Of a stretch of 64,000 bases of DNA, positions 16,214 through 25,871 are shown piece after piece. Location of the stretch: NCBI GenBank assembly GCA_042577045.1, contig JBHPEK010000001.1:15173-79172 (forward strand), written 5' to 3'. The DNA is from Patescibacteria group bacterium (GTDB taxonomy: Bacteria > Patescibacteriota > Minisyncoccia > JAHISW01 > Tagabacteraceae). Numbering within the stretch: the first letter of the stretch is position 1; each line of letters starts with the position of its first letter. A model generated the notes under the pieces. It was not told the DNA's origin. It was given only the letters and a program-made list of their open reading frames with translations, and ran no database searches. Position numbers and translations under genes: made by a program.

Positions 16214-18325
16214 ATGAAGAGTTTAGTTATTGTAGAATCACCAACAAAAGCCAAAACTATTACCCGCTTCCTCGGGAAGGATTTCAAAGTGGAATCTAGT
16301 CTTGGGCACATGAGAGATTTACCGAAAGGTGAGCTTGGTGTGGATATAGAAAATAATTTTGAACCAAGATATGTTATTCCCAAAAAATCTCAAAAAAATG
16401 TAAACAAGCTAAAAAAGTTTGCCAAAGAATTTGACAAGATTATTTTAGCTACAGATGAAGACCGTGAAGGTGAAGCTATTGCTTGGCACCTACTAGAGGC
16501 ACTGGACCTCAAAAAACGAAAACCAGAAGAAATTGAAAGGATTGCATTTCATGAAATTACAAAAAGCGCTATTGAGAAAGCATTAGAAAACCCAAGGCCA
16601 ATGGATTTAAACCTTGTTGATGCTCAACAAGCCCGTAGAATTTTGGACAGATTAGTTGGCTACAAACTATCCCCTTTCTTATGGAAAAAATTAATGCGGG
16701 GATTGTCGGCTGGCCGAGTTCAATCGGTAGCCCTGCGTTTAATCATTGATAGAGAAAACGAAATAAGAAAATTTAAACCAGAGGATTATTGGTCTATTTC
16801 TGCCACTTTAATTTCTAAAAAACAAAAATTTCCTGCAGATTTAATTAAAATAGATGGTAAGCAAATTATCAAACCTGGAATTACTGATAAAAAAATAGCA
16901 GAAACAGCTTTGAAAGATTTAAAAGATGCTTCTTGGGCAATAGAATCTATAGAAAAGAAAAAACGAGAACAACAGCCCCGCCCACCATTTACCACCAGCA
17001 CCATCCAGCAAGCCGCACATAGCAACTTGTACTTCTCTGCCAAAAAGACAATGATGGTTGCCCAACAACTTTACGAAGGAATAAATCTAAAAAAAGAAGG
17101 AGGTGCATTGGGGCTAATTACCTACATGAGAACTGATTCATTTAGCGTTGCTCCATCGGCTGTTGAATCGGCAACAAAATACCTGAAAGACAACTTGGGC
17201 GAAAAATACACCCTAAGTAGTCCTCGTGTATTTAAAACAAAAAGTAAAGGCGCCCAAGAGGCACATGAAGCCATTAGGCCAACCCATCCAGAACTTAGTC
17301 CTGAATCTATTAAAGATGATTTGTCCGCCGATCAATTTAAACTGTATGATTTAATTTGGAGAAGGTTTATGGCAACTCAAATGCCAAATGCAATCTTCGA
17401 CAACACAACAATAAACACACTAGCTGGAAAATATTTATTTAGATCGCATGGATCAGTTTTAAAATTTGATGGTTTTCTGAAAATATATTTTACCCCGACC
17501 AAAGCGTCGGGGCCATCTAAAATGGAAGACAATATCTTGCCAGAGGTATCCAAGGAAGATGTTGTTTCTGCCAAAGAAGTAATATCTGAAGCGCATCAAA
17601 CTCAACCACCAGCAAGATACAACGATGCTTCTCTAGTTAAAATTCTTGAAAAACATGAAATTGGCCGACCTTCTACTTATGCTCAAATAATTTCCACTAT
17701 TCAAAGCAGAAATTATGTGGAAAAAGATGAAGCAAAAAGATTTATTCCTACCGAAATAGGCGAGAAAGTAAATAAAATAATGGTAGATCATTTCCCAGAT
17801 ATTGTGGATGTAGATTTTACAGCAGAACTGGAAGACAAACTAGATAAAGTTGCGGAAGGTAAAATTAAATACAAACCACTAATCAAAACATTCTATATTC
17901 CATTTGAGAAAAACCTAGAAGAAAAATACAAAACAGTAAAAGAAGAAGACCTAACAGAGGAAACTGATGAAGTTTGTGAAATATGTAGCAAGCCAATGAT
18001 AATTAAATACGGAAGATTTGGTAAATTTATGGCTTGCTCTGGTTTTCCAGATTGCAAAAACACTAAAAGTTTATCAGCAAAAGAGTTAAATATAAAATGT
18101 CCCCTTTGTAAAGAAAAAGGAGATGATGGCGATGTTATTTCTAGAAAAACAAAAAAGGGGAGGATATTTTTTGGATGTTCTGGCTGGCCAAAATGTAAAT
18201 TTGCCACTTGGAATAAACCAACTGGCGAACTGTGCCCAGAATGTAAAGAGCCAACCATGGAGATAAAGAATGAAATAAAATGCTCCAATAAAGAATGCAC
18301 CTACTCCATAGAAAAACCCCACTGA
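16214..18325 (+). CDS. topA: DNA topoisomerase I with C-terminal zinc ribbons
   Basis: TOPRIM (VIVESPTKAKTI, DEDREGE), active-site region ITYMRTDS, four Cys4 fingers. Confidence 0.95.
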   Translation: MKSLVIVESPTKAKTITRFLGKDFKVESSLGHMRDLPKGELGVDIENNFEPRYVIPKKSQKNVNKLKKFAKEFDKIILATDEDREGEAIAWHLLEALDLKKRKPEEIERIAFHEITKSAIEKALENPRPMDLNLVDAQQARRILDRLVGYKLSPFLWKKLMRGLSAGRVQSVALRLIIDRENEIRKFKPEDYWSISATLISKKQKFPADLIKIDGKQIIKPGITDKKIAETALKDLKDASWAIESIEKKKREQQPRPPFTTSTIQQAAHSNLYFSAKKTMMVAQQLYEGINLKKEGGALGLITYMRTDSFSVAPSAVESATKYLKDNLGEKYTLSSPRVFKTKSKGAQEAHEAIRPTHPELSPESIKDDLSADQFKLYDLIWRRFMATQMPNAIFDNTTINTLAGKYLFRSHGSVLKFDGFLKIYFTPTKASGPSKMEDNILPEVSKEDVVSAKEVISEAHQTQPPARYNDASLVKILEKHEIGRPSTYAQIISTIQSRNYVEKDEAKRFIPTEIGEKVNKIMVDHFPDIVDVDFTAELEDKLDKVAEGKIKYKPLIKTFYIPFEKNLEEKYKTVKEEDLTEETDEVCEICSKPMIIKYGRFGKFMACSGFPDCKNTKSLSAKELNIKCPLCKEKGDDGDVISRKTKKGRIFFGCSGWPKCKFATWNKPTGELCPECKEPTMEIKNEIKCSNKECTYSIEKPH

Positions 18326-18344
18326 ATAAAATAAATTTAACATT

Positions 18345-18380
18345 TTTAGCATTTACTTACGATCGTAAGTAAATGCTAAA
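18345..18380. repeat. perfect 36-nt palindrome centred on ACGATCGT (family P)
   Basis: tttagcatttacttacga|tcgtaagtaaatgctaaa. Confidence 0.9.
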
Positions 18381-18400
18381 TTTTAATAAATTTTAAAACG

Positions 18401-18434
18401 TCCTACATTTGCTACGACCGTGACAAATGTGGGA
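18401..18434. repeat. imperfect family P palindrome (centre ACGACCGT)
   Basis: tcctacatttg...caaatgtggga arms. Confidence 0.6.
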
Positions 18435-18438
18435 CACT

Positions 18439-18472
18439 TATACACTTACCAACGATCGTAGATAAGTGTATA
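18439..18472. repeat. family P palindrome (centre AACGATCGTA)
   Basis: tatacactta...taagtgtata arms. Confidence 0.75.
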
Positions 18473-18496
18473 GAATAATAAAAATAAAAAAGAAAA

Positions 18497-18522
18497 CCGC
18501 CCGCGATTAAATCGGGGCGGGT
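18497..18522. terminator. GC-rich stem-loop, probably a bidirectional terminator
   Basis: accgcccgcg...cggggcgggt flanked by A and T runs. Confidence 0.5.
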
Positions 18523-18576
18523 TTTTAATTTTAGCTCTGAAAGATTTATGGTCCGAAGTCCCTGCCGGCAGGCAGG

Positions 18577-19284
18577 CTACCTACTACCGCACGAGGCGGA
18601 ACCCCACCGCGAACACGAAGCGCCAGCATAGTGCCAGTCGAGCACAGGACAACCCTCGTCTAGGTGGAGGCAGAGTGCGCGGTCAGACAACCCATAGCAA
18701 GATCCAGTAGCGTCCATATGATGATCAGGTCTATCGTGGATTCCGATAGCGATCACTTCTGTGTCAGTGAGACAGCTTTGGCCCTCTTTCTTGATCAGTT
18801 TCTCTGCCTTTTCAGGTGATTCGCCTAGCCTAGCTTCTCCGTTTTCCACATCATAAATCCAATAAGGCCTTTTCGGAACATCCACCACGTCGGTGATTTC
18901 GGTCGGATCCATGTGAGTAAATCCAGTCTTTTCGCCGTTCTTCACCATTGGCATTTGGTTGTAGATAGTCATGTAGATTCGGGGAACGACTGAAAGGATT
19001 GAAATGTTACCTTCGCCGAATGTCATCTCCCTGGCTCTTGAAAGAACCGCATCCTTTTGATCTGCTAGCATTTCCACGATTGCTCCGGGACATCCGCAAT
19101 CTTTCCATCTCTGGATTTGCGCATCAAACAGCTCTTCCAATTGTTTACGTCTAGCCTTTTTAGCCTCGGCGAGTAGCATGCCCTTGGCATTCCGAATCGC
19201 TTCTTCAATATTCGTGGTGGTGTAGATGTTTCGGAAAAGCGATACTAACTCGTCTGCCAGTTGATCTGTAGAAAGTTTATTCAT
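18577..19284 (-). CDS. hypothetical protein, GC-rich gene, Cys-rich C-terminus
   Basis: GGAGGT RBS 7 nt before the ATG at 19284; composition clearly GC-richer than its neighbours. Confidence 0.6.
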   Translation of the reverse strand: MNKLSTDQLADELVSLFRNIYTTTNIEEAIRNAKGMLLAEAKKARRKQLEELFDAQIQRWKDCGCPGAIVEMLADQKDAVLSRAREMTFGEGNISILSVVPRIYMTIYNQMPMVKNGEKTGFTHMDPTEITDVVDVPKRPYWIYDVENGEARLGESPEKAEKLIKKEGQSCLTDTEVIAIGIHDRPDHHMDATGSCYGLSDRALCLHLDEGCPVLDWHYAGASCSRWGSASCGSR

Positions 19285-19326
19285 AATTCTTACCTCCGTT
19301 TCTTTGTAAAGGGTTTTCATTTCTAT

Positions 19327-20403
19327 CTAATAATCCAATGTTTCGGTTATGTGGTATAACCCATCGTAGTTTCTTCCTGCTCCCCAAAGTTTATAATATA
19401 AACGAGCCATATTAGTTTCCGACAGATTCAATTTTTTTCTCTCCTGATTTATCGCTTCCAGAAGTTTTCCAATAGCCAAAACAGTTGCCAGACGTATTTG
19501 AATCTCCAAAGGAAAATTTTCCTCTATCTCCTCTCCCATCGAAATTTTATTCCGCAGAAATGGAGAATATTTAAAAATCTCTAAAATATATAAAATTTTC
19601 GGTAAAACACAATCGGCAACGACACTTAGACTTTCAACGTCTTTGATTTGTGGTAATGTGTCGCTACTTTGCGCCCTGCCATAATATTCTAGAAGAAAAA
19701 GAAGTGCTTTTTTGTGAAATGGAAGCCAATTGTCATATCTGGTACGATCTAGACTACGTTTATCATAATATGCTCCTGGAAAATCTTCCACCAGACGCTC
19801 ACAAATGCCATTGCCACCATCAAAACACCTATAATTTGCCTCTTTAAAAAGATTCGCAAATTGACCATTATATTTAGAAATTAAAACCCTGGCAATGTTT
19901 TTCCAAATTTGCATTCGTTTTTCAAGCAAAGGTAAATTCGAATCAACATTAAAAATTTCTCTCATTTGACTAATTTTAATGCCGTGCAAAAAATAAGGAT
20001 CTAATAGTGGAATTTTCTTTTCTATAATGGCTCTGGTGACACAGGCAGACACTCCGAAAGCACCTGTCCATTTTTTATCTTTCCAATTCGTATAAAATTT
20101 TATACTTCCTATTCCTGGCTCTTTGTGATATGCATTTATTGCCGTAACAATTCCCAACCATTGAATAAAATCGTCGTCATCGTGTGGATACTGCACTGGC
20201 TCTCTCCACTCAGGAATTTCAAAATCTTCCTCTGCCCATTGCTTGGCACGCTCCTCAAGTTTCTGCTTTTTTATTTTGACATGTCCGACAGCAACAAATT
20301 CATCGTCTTCATAAAAGCTTCTTGGGCTCGGCAACTGGTAAACACCAGTTCTGTTTTTGCGATTTTCAAAATAGCCAACAACCTTCTCATACCACGGATT
20401 CAT
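19327..20403 (-). CDS. queuosine-salvage family protein (DUF2419/Qng1-like)
   Basis: Recalled family pattern: FHKKALLFL, VADCVLPKIL..., EIQIRLATVLA, C-terminal YHITETLDY. Confidence 0.6.
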   Translation of the reverse strand: MNPWYEKVVGYFENRKNRTGVYQLPSPRSFYEDDEFVAVGHVKIKKQKLEERAKQWAEEDFEIPEWREPVQYPHDDDDFIQWLGIVTAINAYHKEPGIGSIKFYTNWKDKKWTGAFGVSACVTRAIIEKKIPLLDPYFLHGIKISQMREIFNVDSNLPLLEKRMQIWKNIARVLISKYNGQFANLFKEANYRCFDGGNGICERLVEDFPGAYYDKRSLDRTRYDNWLPFHKKALLFLLEYYGRAQSSDTLPQIKDVESLSVVADCVLPKILYILEIFKYSPFLRNKISMGEEIEENFPLEIQIRLATVLAIGKLLEAINQERKKLNLSETNMARLYYKLWGAGRNYDGLYHITETLDY

Positions 20404-20457
20404 TTTTTTGTCCTCCTTGTTAAAGATTTATTCTGGGTTTACTATACATATATTAGT

Positions 20458-22170
20458 ATGATTTGGCAAGACTATAAAGAAAAACTACCAAAAGAATATG
20501 CCGAGAAAGACCTGGCTGTAATTGAGCAGGCTTTTGACTTTGCATCCGAAATACACGAAGAAGAAAAAAGGCTTACGGGAGAAAAATATATTTACCACCC
20601 TGCTGAAGTTTCGCTAAATGTTGCAAAGTTAAAATTGGGAGCATCTTCTGTGGCCACTGCACTTCTTCATGACACATACGAAACAGACAATACTGTTCTA
20701 AAAAAAATCCGCAAAAAATTTGGCTCAGAAATTAGTTTTCTGGTAGATGGACTGAGCAAGGTAGACAAAGTAGAATATCAAGGAATAGAAAGAAGCGCTG
20801 AGTCCACAAGAAAAATGTTTATGGCCATGGCCCAGGATATCCGTGTGGTCATTATCAAACTTCATGATCGGCTTCACAATTTAAAAACTCTTCACGTCTA
20901 TTCTGAAGAAAAGCAAAAAAGAATAGCTATGGAAACATTAGAAATCTATGCACCCGTAGCAGATCGACTTGGTATGGGGGATTTGAAACTGCAATTGGAA
21001 GACTCTGCATTCGAATATGCTTACCCAAAAGAATATGCTTTTATTGTTCACGAAACGAAAGAAAAAGTTTCTGAGCGACAAAAATATCTTATAAAAAAAG
21101 TAATTCCTACGATTGAAAGAGAGTTAAAAAGAACAAATATTAAGACCATAGAAATAAAATATCGCGCAAAACACTATTATAGTTTATGGAAAAAACTTCT
21201 AAGGTATAACATGGACTGGTTTTCAATCTATGATCTTCTTGCCGTTCGAATTATTGTTAACTCCCTCGAAGACTGTTACATAACATTGGGGATTCTCCAC
21301 AAACTATGGAAACCACTGCCGGGAAGGATAAAAGATTACATATCCCTACCAAAACAAAATGGTTACAAAAGTTTACACACAACAGTTTTTTGTATTGATA
21401 ACAAAATTACAGAATTTCAGATACGAACTGAGGAGATGCACAAAGAAGCAGAATCTGGAATTGCTGCTCATTGGATATATAAAACTGGAGACAAAGACCT
21501 ACAAAAAGATCTAAAAAAGTTTGAATGGATAAAACAGCTTCAAGACTGGCAAAAAAGACTACACAAAGAAACCAAAAGTAAGGATTTTCTGGAATTTCTA
21601 AAAATTGACTTTTTTAAAGATAGGGTCTTCGTTTTAACCCCAAGAGGAGACATCATTGATCTACCAGAAGGAGCAACCCCATTAGACTTTGCCTATCACA
21701 TTCACACTGACGTTGGTAATTCTATTATAGGAGCCAAAGTTAATCACCACATAGTTCCTCTGTCTTATAAATTAATCTCTGGAGATATGGTAGAAGTGTC
21801 TTCTCAAAAAAACAAAAAACCAAGTCTAAAATCCCTAGAACACGCCACAACTTCTATCGCCAGAAATCACATTAAGTCTAGTTTAAAAAAACAAGGATTA
21901 ATTAGCGGGATTGAAAACACCCCAAGGCCATTGAGGTGCGACCTAAGCATAATTACAATCAATAAGGCAGATTTAATAAAAGAGATCGTTGCTGTTTTAT
22001 CTTCTTTTCGAATAAAAATTAGGAGCATACTTCCCAAAGAATCCGGCAGTAATTATCTAGAATTTTATGTAAGCTTTACTCCCAGAAATAAAAATCAAGT
22101 GGAAAGGGTAGTTACCCGATTAAAAACCATAAAAGGCGTAGAAGAAATTATACCAAACCTAAAAAACTAG
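20458..22170 (+). CDS. rel: RelA/SpoT-family (p)ppGpp synthetase/hydrolase
   Basis: HD domain, synthetase core (RIKDYISLPKQNGYKSLHT), TGS and ACT-like C-terminus. The ORF extension to 20125 overlaps the divergent gene and is rejected. Confidence 0.9.
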   Translation: MIWQDYKEKLPKEYAEKDLAVIEQAFDFASEIHEEEKRLTGEKYIYHPAEVSLNVAKLKLGASSVATALLHDTYETDNTVLKKIRKKFGSEISFLVDGLSKVDKVEYQGIERSAESTRKMFMAMAQDIRVVIIKLHDRLHNLKTLHVYSEEKQKRIAMETLEIYAPVADRLGMGDLKLQLEDSAFEYAYPKEYAFIVHETKEKVSERQKYLIKKVIPTIERELKRTNIKTIEIKYRAKHYYSLWKKLLRYNMDWFSIYDLLAVRIIVNSLEDCYITLGILHKLWKPLPGRIKDYISLPKQNGYKSLHTTVFCIDNKITEFQIRTEEMHKEAESGIAAHWIYKTGDKDLQKDLKKFEWIKQLQDWQKRLHKETKSKDFLEFLKIDFFKDRVFVLTPRGDIIDLPEGATPLDFAYHIHTDVGNSIIGAKVNHHIVPLSYKLISGDMVEVSSQKNKKPSLKSLEHATTSIARNHIKSSLKKQGLISGIENTPRPLRCDLSIITINKADLIKEIVAVLSSFRIKIRSILPKESGSNYLEFYVSFTPRNKNQVERVVTRLKTIKGVEEIIPNLKN

Positions 22171-23087
22171 ATACTAAAATTACTTAGCCAACTTTTATTT
22201 TCTTTGACCTCCTCTACACTATCTTGAATTGGTTCAGAAATTGTAGCCACACCAACCTTTGATAAAAAGTTTTTCAACTCCTCTTCCGAAAAAAATTCTA
22301 TAGAAATTTTCTTACCAGAAGCCTTCTTCTCAACGAAAACTCTAGTCCCTAAAGCATCAGAAAGTCTTTTCTGAAGATCATCTGCTCCTGAATCTTGTTG
22401 TACCTCCGGTTGTAAAACAGAATTTTGATGATTTTTTACAATTTCTCTAGAAAGCGCTTCGGCTTCTCGAACCGTCATCTTTCTGTAAATTATTTCTTTG
22501 TATAGATTTAATTGTTTATCCTTCTCTTTCGTTAAGCTTAAAAGTGGGCGAGTATGGCCTTCAGCAATTAACCCTTGTTGCAAACCATCTTGAATCTCTT
22601 GAGGAAGAGACAACAATCTAATTGTGTTTGAAACGAAGACCCTACTTTTTCCCATTTTGATACCAATCTCATGGTGTCTCATTTTAAAATCATTTACCAA
22701 CTGCTTGAAAGCAATGGCTCTTTCAATAGCACTTAAATCTTCTCTCTGAATGTTTTCTATAAGAGCAAGCTCTAATTTTACTTTTTCAGAAGGCTCTTCT
22801 CTGATAATTACAGGCACTTGGCTTAACCCAGCAAGCTGGGAAGCCCTCCACCTTCTTTCTCCCGCAATAAGCTCATATTCAACAACTGTACCAGTGGGAA
22901 CTTCTCTTTCTTGACGAATTACAACAAGTGGTTGTAAAACTCCATACTGCCTGATAGAATCAGAAAGTTCTTTTAGGGCATCTTCATTGAAAACGCGACG
23001 AGGTTGCATGGAATTTGGTCTGATTTTCTCAACCTCAACCCAAAACACTCCACTCTCTTTTCTTATTCTTGGTAGTTCTGTTGACAT
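22167..23087 (-). CDS. parB: ParB/Spo0J partition protein
   Basis: QPRRVF, GERRWRAS and HTH region; TATAAT 7 nt before the ATG at 23087. Confidence 0.85.
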   Translation of the reverse strand: MSTELPRIRKESGVFWVEVEKIRPNSMQPRRVFNEDALKELSDSIRQYGVLQPLVVIRQEREVPTGTVVEYELIAGERRWRASQLAGLSQVPVIIREEPSEKVKLELALIENIQREDLSAIERAIAFKQLVNDFKMRHHEIGIKMGKSRVFVSNTIRLLSLPQEIQDGLQQGLIAEGHTRPLLSLTKEKDKQLNLYKEIIYRKMTVREAEALSREIVKNHQNSVLQPEVQQDSGADDLQKRLSDALGTRVFVEKKASGKKISIEFFSEEELKNFLSKVGVATISEPIQDSVEEVKENKSWLSNFSI

Positions 23088-23130
23088 TATGTTTATTATA
23101 CAGAAATTGACTTTAGTATGCAAATTTTTG

Positions 23131-23212
23131 TGCCGTCGGTGGGAGTCGAACCCACATGAGTTGCCTCACACGATTTTGAGTCGTGCGCGTATACCAGTTC
23201 CGCCACGACGGC
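23131..23212 (-). tRNA. tRNA-Leu (CAA)
   Basis: Cloverleaf folded by hand; anticodon loop CTCAAAA; long variable arm; GGTTCGACTCC T-arm. Confidence 0.9.
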
Positions 23213-23236
23213 ATATATTAAAATTATAACAGTTTT

Positions 23237-24136
23237 TTATTTTTCACTAAACAAATCAGTGGTTAAGTATTTTTCTCCCTTGTCTGGAAAAATGACAACC
23301 ATTACTCCCGATTTAATTTTCTTGGCCATTTCCATCGCAGCATACATAGCCGCTCCGCTACTCATTCCAACAAAAATTCCTTCTTTTTTAATGATTTGTC
23401 TCGTTGTTTCAAATGCAGTCTCTGTTTCAACCATAATTGTTTCATCAATTTCTGAAGGGTCATAAATTGAGGGCACTAGTGCTTCTTCCATGTTTTTTAA
23501 TCCTTGTATGTAATGACCCTTAACTGGATGCGCGCAAATAATTTTTATTTTGGGATTGTTTTCTTTAAGGGCTTTCCCCACTCCCATGATTGTGCCGGAT
23601 GTTCCTATTGCAGAAACAAAATAATCAATTTTACCATTTGTTTGTTTCCAAATTTCTTCACCCGTTGTTTTATAGTGTGTAATCTTGTTATATTTGTTTG
23701 AAAACTGATCTGGCATAAAATATTTTTTAGGACTTGCCTTAACAAGATCTCTTGCCTTAATTATTGCACCGTCAGTTCCCAATTTTGCATCTGTCAACGT
23801 AATCTTTGCGCCAAAAGCTTCAATCATTTTTACTCTTTCGATAGAGACTGCTTTGCTCATAATAATCTCCACACCATACCCCTTTAATGCCCCTATCATT
23901 GCTAACCCAATACCCGTATTTCCAGACGTTGGTTCAATTATTGTTTTTCCCTTTACCAACGAGCCGTCTGCTTCTGCTTGCTCAATCATTTTCAATGCTA
24001 TTCTGTCTTTTATGCTACCAGTTGGATTATTTCCTTCAATTTTAGCGTAAATAGTAACATTTTTGTTTGGATTTAATTTATTTATCCTAACAAGAGGAGT
24101 ATTTCCAATGGTCTGTAATATATTTTCGTATATCAT
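23237..24136 (-). CDS. cysK: cysteine synthase (O-acetylserine sulfhydrylase)
   Basis: PLP lysine motif NPTGSIKDRIA; GNTG; GTSGT. Confidence 0.85.
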   Translation of the reverse strand: MIYENILQTIGNTPLVRINKLNPNKNVTIYAKIEGNNPTGSIKDRIALKMIEQAEADGSLVKGKTIIEPTSGNTGIGLAMIGALKGYGVEIIMSKAVSIERVKMIEAFGAKITLTDAKLGTDGAIIKARDLVKASPKKYFMPDQFSNKYNKITHYKTTGEEIWKQTNGKIDYFVSAIGTSGTIMGVGKALKENNPKIKIICAHPVKGHYIQGLKNMEEALVPSIYDPSEIDETIMVETETAFETTRQIIKKEGIFVGMSSGAAMYAAMEMAKKIKSGVMVVIFPDKGEKYLTTDLFSEK

Positions 24137-24209
24137 AATTGATATTGTATAACGTTTACGAGTATCCGAAGTTTTTGCCTCGCTTCTTTATTGTAATATA
24201 AATGGAAAA

Positions 24210-24232
24210 AAGGGCATAGTAGATATGCCCTT
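24210..24232 (-). terminator. terminator of 24265-24678
   Basis: aagggcat...atgccctt with a T-run on the minus strand. Confidence 0.6.
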
Positions 24233-24264
24233 ATAGTTACAGGTGTACTCATTTTGTTAAAGAG

Positions 24265-24678
24265 CTATATTTCATCTTCAGTAAACACTTTAATATTATT
24301 CTTTTTTAGAATTTTAGCAAATACGCCATCACCGTCAATTAATTTTCCAGAAAAAGTGCCATCATAGACCTTGCCAGAACCACAAGATGGAGATTTTGAT
24401 TTTATAATTGCTTCATCGCAATTTGCAAATAACGCAATTTTTAATGCTTCTTTTGCCCCTCTTTCGAATTGAGTGGTAACATCTTCTCCTGTTTTTGTAA
24501 AAACTTTATCTTTCTTTTGTTCAGCAGGAGTTCTTGGTGTTGTTAATCCACCCAATTGTTCTGGGCAGACAGGAATTGCTTTACCTTGTTTAACTAACTC
24601 AACAACTTTCTGGCAAGGTCTTGCATCATCATCCCACCTACATTTTATTCCTGCTAAACAGGCACTGACAATTTTCAT
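24265..24678 (-). CDS. DUF523 family protein (TudS-like Fe-S thiouracil desulfidase family)
   Basis: MKIVSACLAGIKCRWDDD N-terminus and conserved Cys pattern. Confidence 0.65.
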   Translation of the reverse strand: MKIVSACLAGIKCRWDDDARPCQKVVELVKQGKAIPVCPEQLGGLTTPRTPAEQKKDKVFTKTGEDVTTQFERGAKEALKIALFANCDEAIIKSKSPSCGSGKVYDGTFSGKLIDGDGVFAKILKKNNIKVFTEDEI

Positions 24679-24827
24679 AATAATTAAGACGAAATTAATT
24701 GATATTTAAAGTGTTCGCAAAGAGAGGCTCCGAGTAATATTGCACCTAACGTTTCGGTATATCTGATATTTTGCAGAACGTAGATTCTACAAAGGACCGT
24801 CCTTTGTAACAATTAGATGGTACTCGC

Positions 24828-25523
24828 TCACCCAACAACTGCCTCTACTTCTGCTACTTTATTTTTTATCTCTAATATTTTCGAAAGTTCGGGAAACAAT
24901 GTGCCATTTTGCAATCCCATAAGTAAGTCGTCTAAGCAAGAAAATTCGGGATAGGGGTGTAGGTCATAAATTTTTCCTTCAAATTCCACGCCATTCAAAA
25001 TAATTGGCAACTCATCAAGCACATATGAAGATAATTTTTCTAACTTACTTAAAGCTAATCCACTTGCTCTTGAGCCTAAATTCTCTTGAACTATCTTTAT
25101 TATAAAATCATGGAATTGATTATTTTGTTTAAATTCATTAAGAAAAATTTTGATTTTGTCTTTATAATATTGAGACTTTTTTACGTCATCCCACCTGCCA
25201 ATTTTAATAAAAGATTGTTTTTCCTTTGGCAAGCTACGCACTATTTCTTCTATAGACTTTTCAATTTCCATGCCCTTTCTTAATGTAACTTGTAATGCTC
25301 TTTCAGAACTATAACCATCAAAAACTTCGTAGTTTATCGCGTGGACTGTATCTGCTATCAGAACCAAAACATCATCTTTGGTATTTTCTAAAGCCCAGCG
25401 AAGATATGCTCTTATGTTTTCTTTAGAAAAATATTTATTCCCCAAACTTATGCCCACAAAAATATTAAACTTTTTTGATTTAATATCTTGTTCCGTACAA
25501 TTCAAGAAAGACTTGATTATCAT
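24828..25523 (-). CDS. tRNA-dependent cyclodipeptide synthase (CDPS, AlbC family)
   Basis: VGISLGNKYFSKENIRAYLRWA matches recalled AlbC IGISAGNSYFSQKNTVMLLQWA (catalytic Ser). YVLDELP matches YVLAEAP (Tyr/Glu). About 230 aa, the family size. Confidence 0.75.
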   Translation of the reverse strand: MIIKSFLNCTEQDIKSKKFNIFVGISLGNKYFSKENIRAYLRWALENTKDDVLVLIADTVHAINYEVFDGYSSERALQVTLRKGMEIEKSIEEIVRSLPKEKQSFIKIGRWDDVKKSQYYKDKIKIFLNEFKQNNQFHDFIIKIVQENLGSRASGLALSKLEKLSSYVLDELPIILNGVEFEGKIYDLHPYPEFSCLDDLLMGLQNGTLFPELSKILEIKNKVAEVEAVVG

Positions 25524-25562
25524 ATAATGTTACTATACAGTAGTGTAAAAATAACTCAAATT

Positions 25563-25593
25563 ATGAAATATTTTATCATTACATACGGCTGTG
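25563..25593 (+). pseudogene. orphan copy of the miaB 5' end (MKYFIITYGC...)
   Basis: 27 of 31 nt identical to 26471-26501, then diverges into a GC-rich hairpin. Confidence 0.6.
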
Positions 25594-25603
25594 TTTTCAA
25601 CTC

Positions 25604-25650
25604 CCCGCCCGCCACCGCAAGCATGAGCTTGCTCAGGCGTTGCGAGCGGG
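25604..25650. repeat. GC-rich nested hairpin element
   Basis: cccgcccgc...gcgagcggg outer stem, gcaagc-atga-gcttgc inner stem. Confidence 0.6.
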
Positions 25651-25697
25651 CCACCCTGGGCACAAAATAAAAATCAAATTAAAATTAAACAAAATAC

Positions 25698-25727
25698 ACC
25701 ACTTATCCACGATCGTAAGTAAGTGGT
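25698..25727. repeat. family P palindrome (centre ACGATCGT), imperfect
   Basis: accactta-tcc-acgatcgt-aag-taagtggt. Confidence 0.7.
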
Positions 25728-25871
25728 ATTATGTATTGTGTTTTTATTTCTAACATTGCTAGTTTGGAAAAACACCGAACTGAAAACTAAACCACTTATC
25801 CCGTGTTATGTGATGTAACCAGAAATTTCTTTTCCTTATTATTCTTTTTTCGATAATTTATTTTAGGGCTT

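Noticed and set aside
16214-18325. Alternative genetic code (UGA recoded, as in some CPR lineages)
   Set aside because: topA and many other full-length conserved genes terminate at TGA at the expected protein ends, so the standard code 11 fits.
20125-20457. N-terminal extension of the rel ORF
   Set aside because: The extension overlaps the divergent DUF2419 gene and translates to non-homologous low-complexity sequence. Conserved Rel sequence begins at the ATG at 20458.
24679-24827. Possible riboswitch or leader upstream of the DUF523 gene, including the palindrome acaaaggac-cg-tcctttgt
   Set aside because: No known riboswitch consensus is recognisable by eye. The palindrome may simply be the weak terminator of the CDPS gene. 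This needs an Rfam scan.
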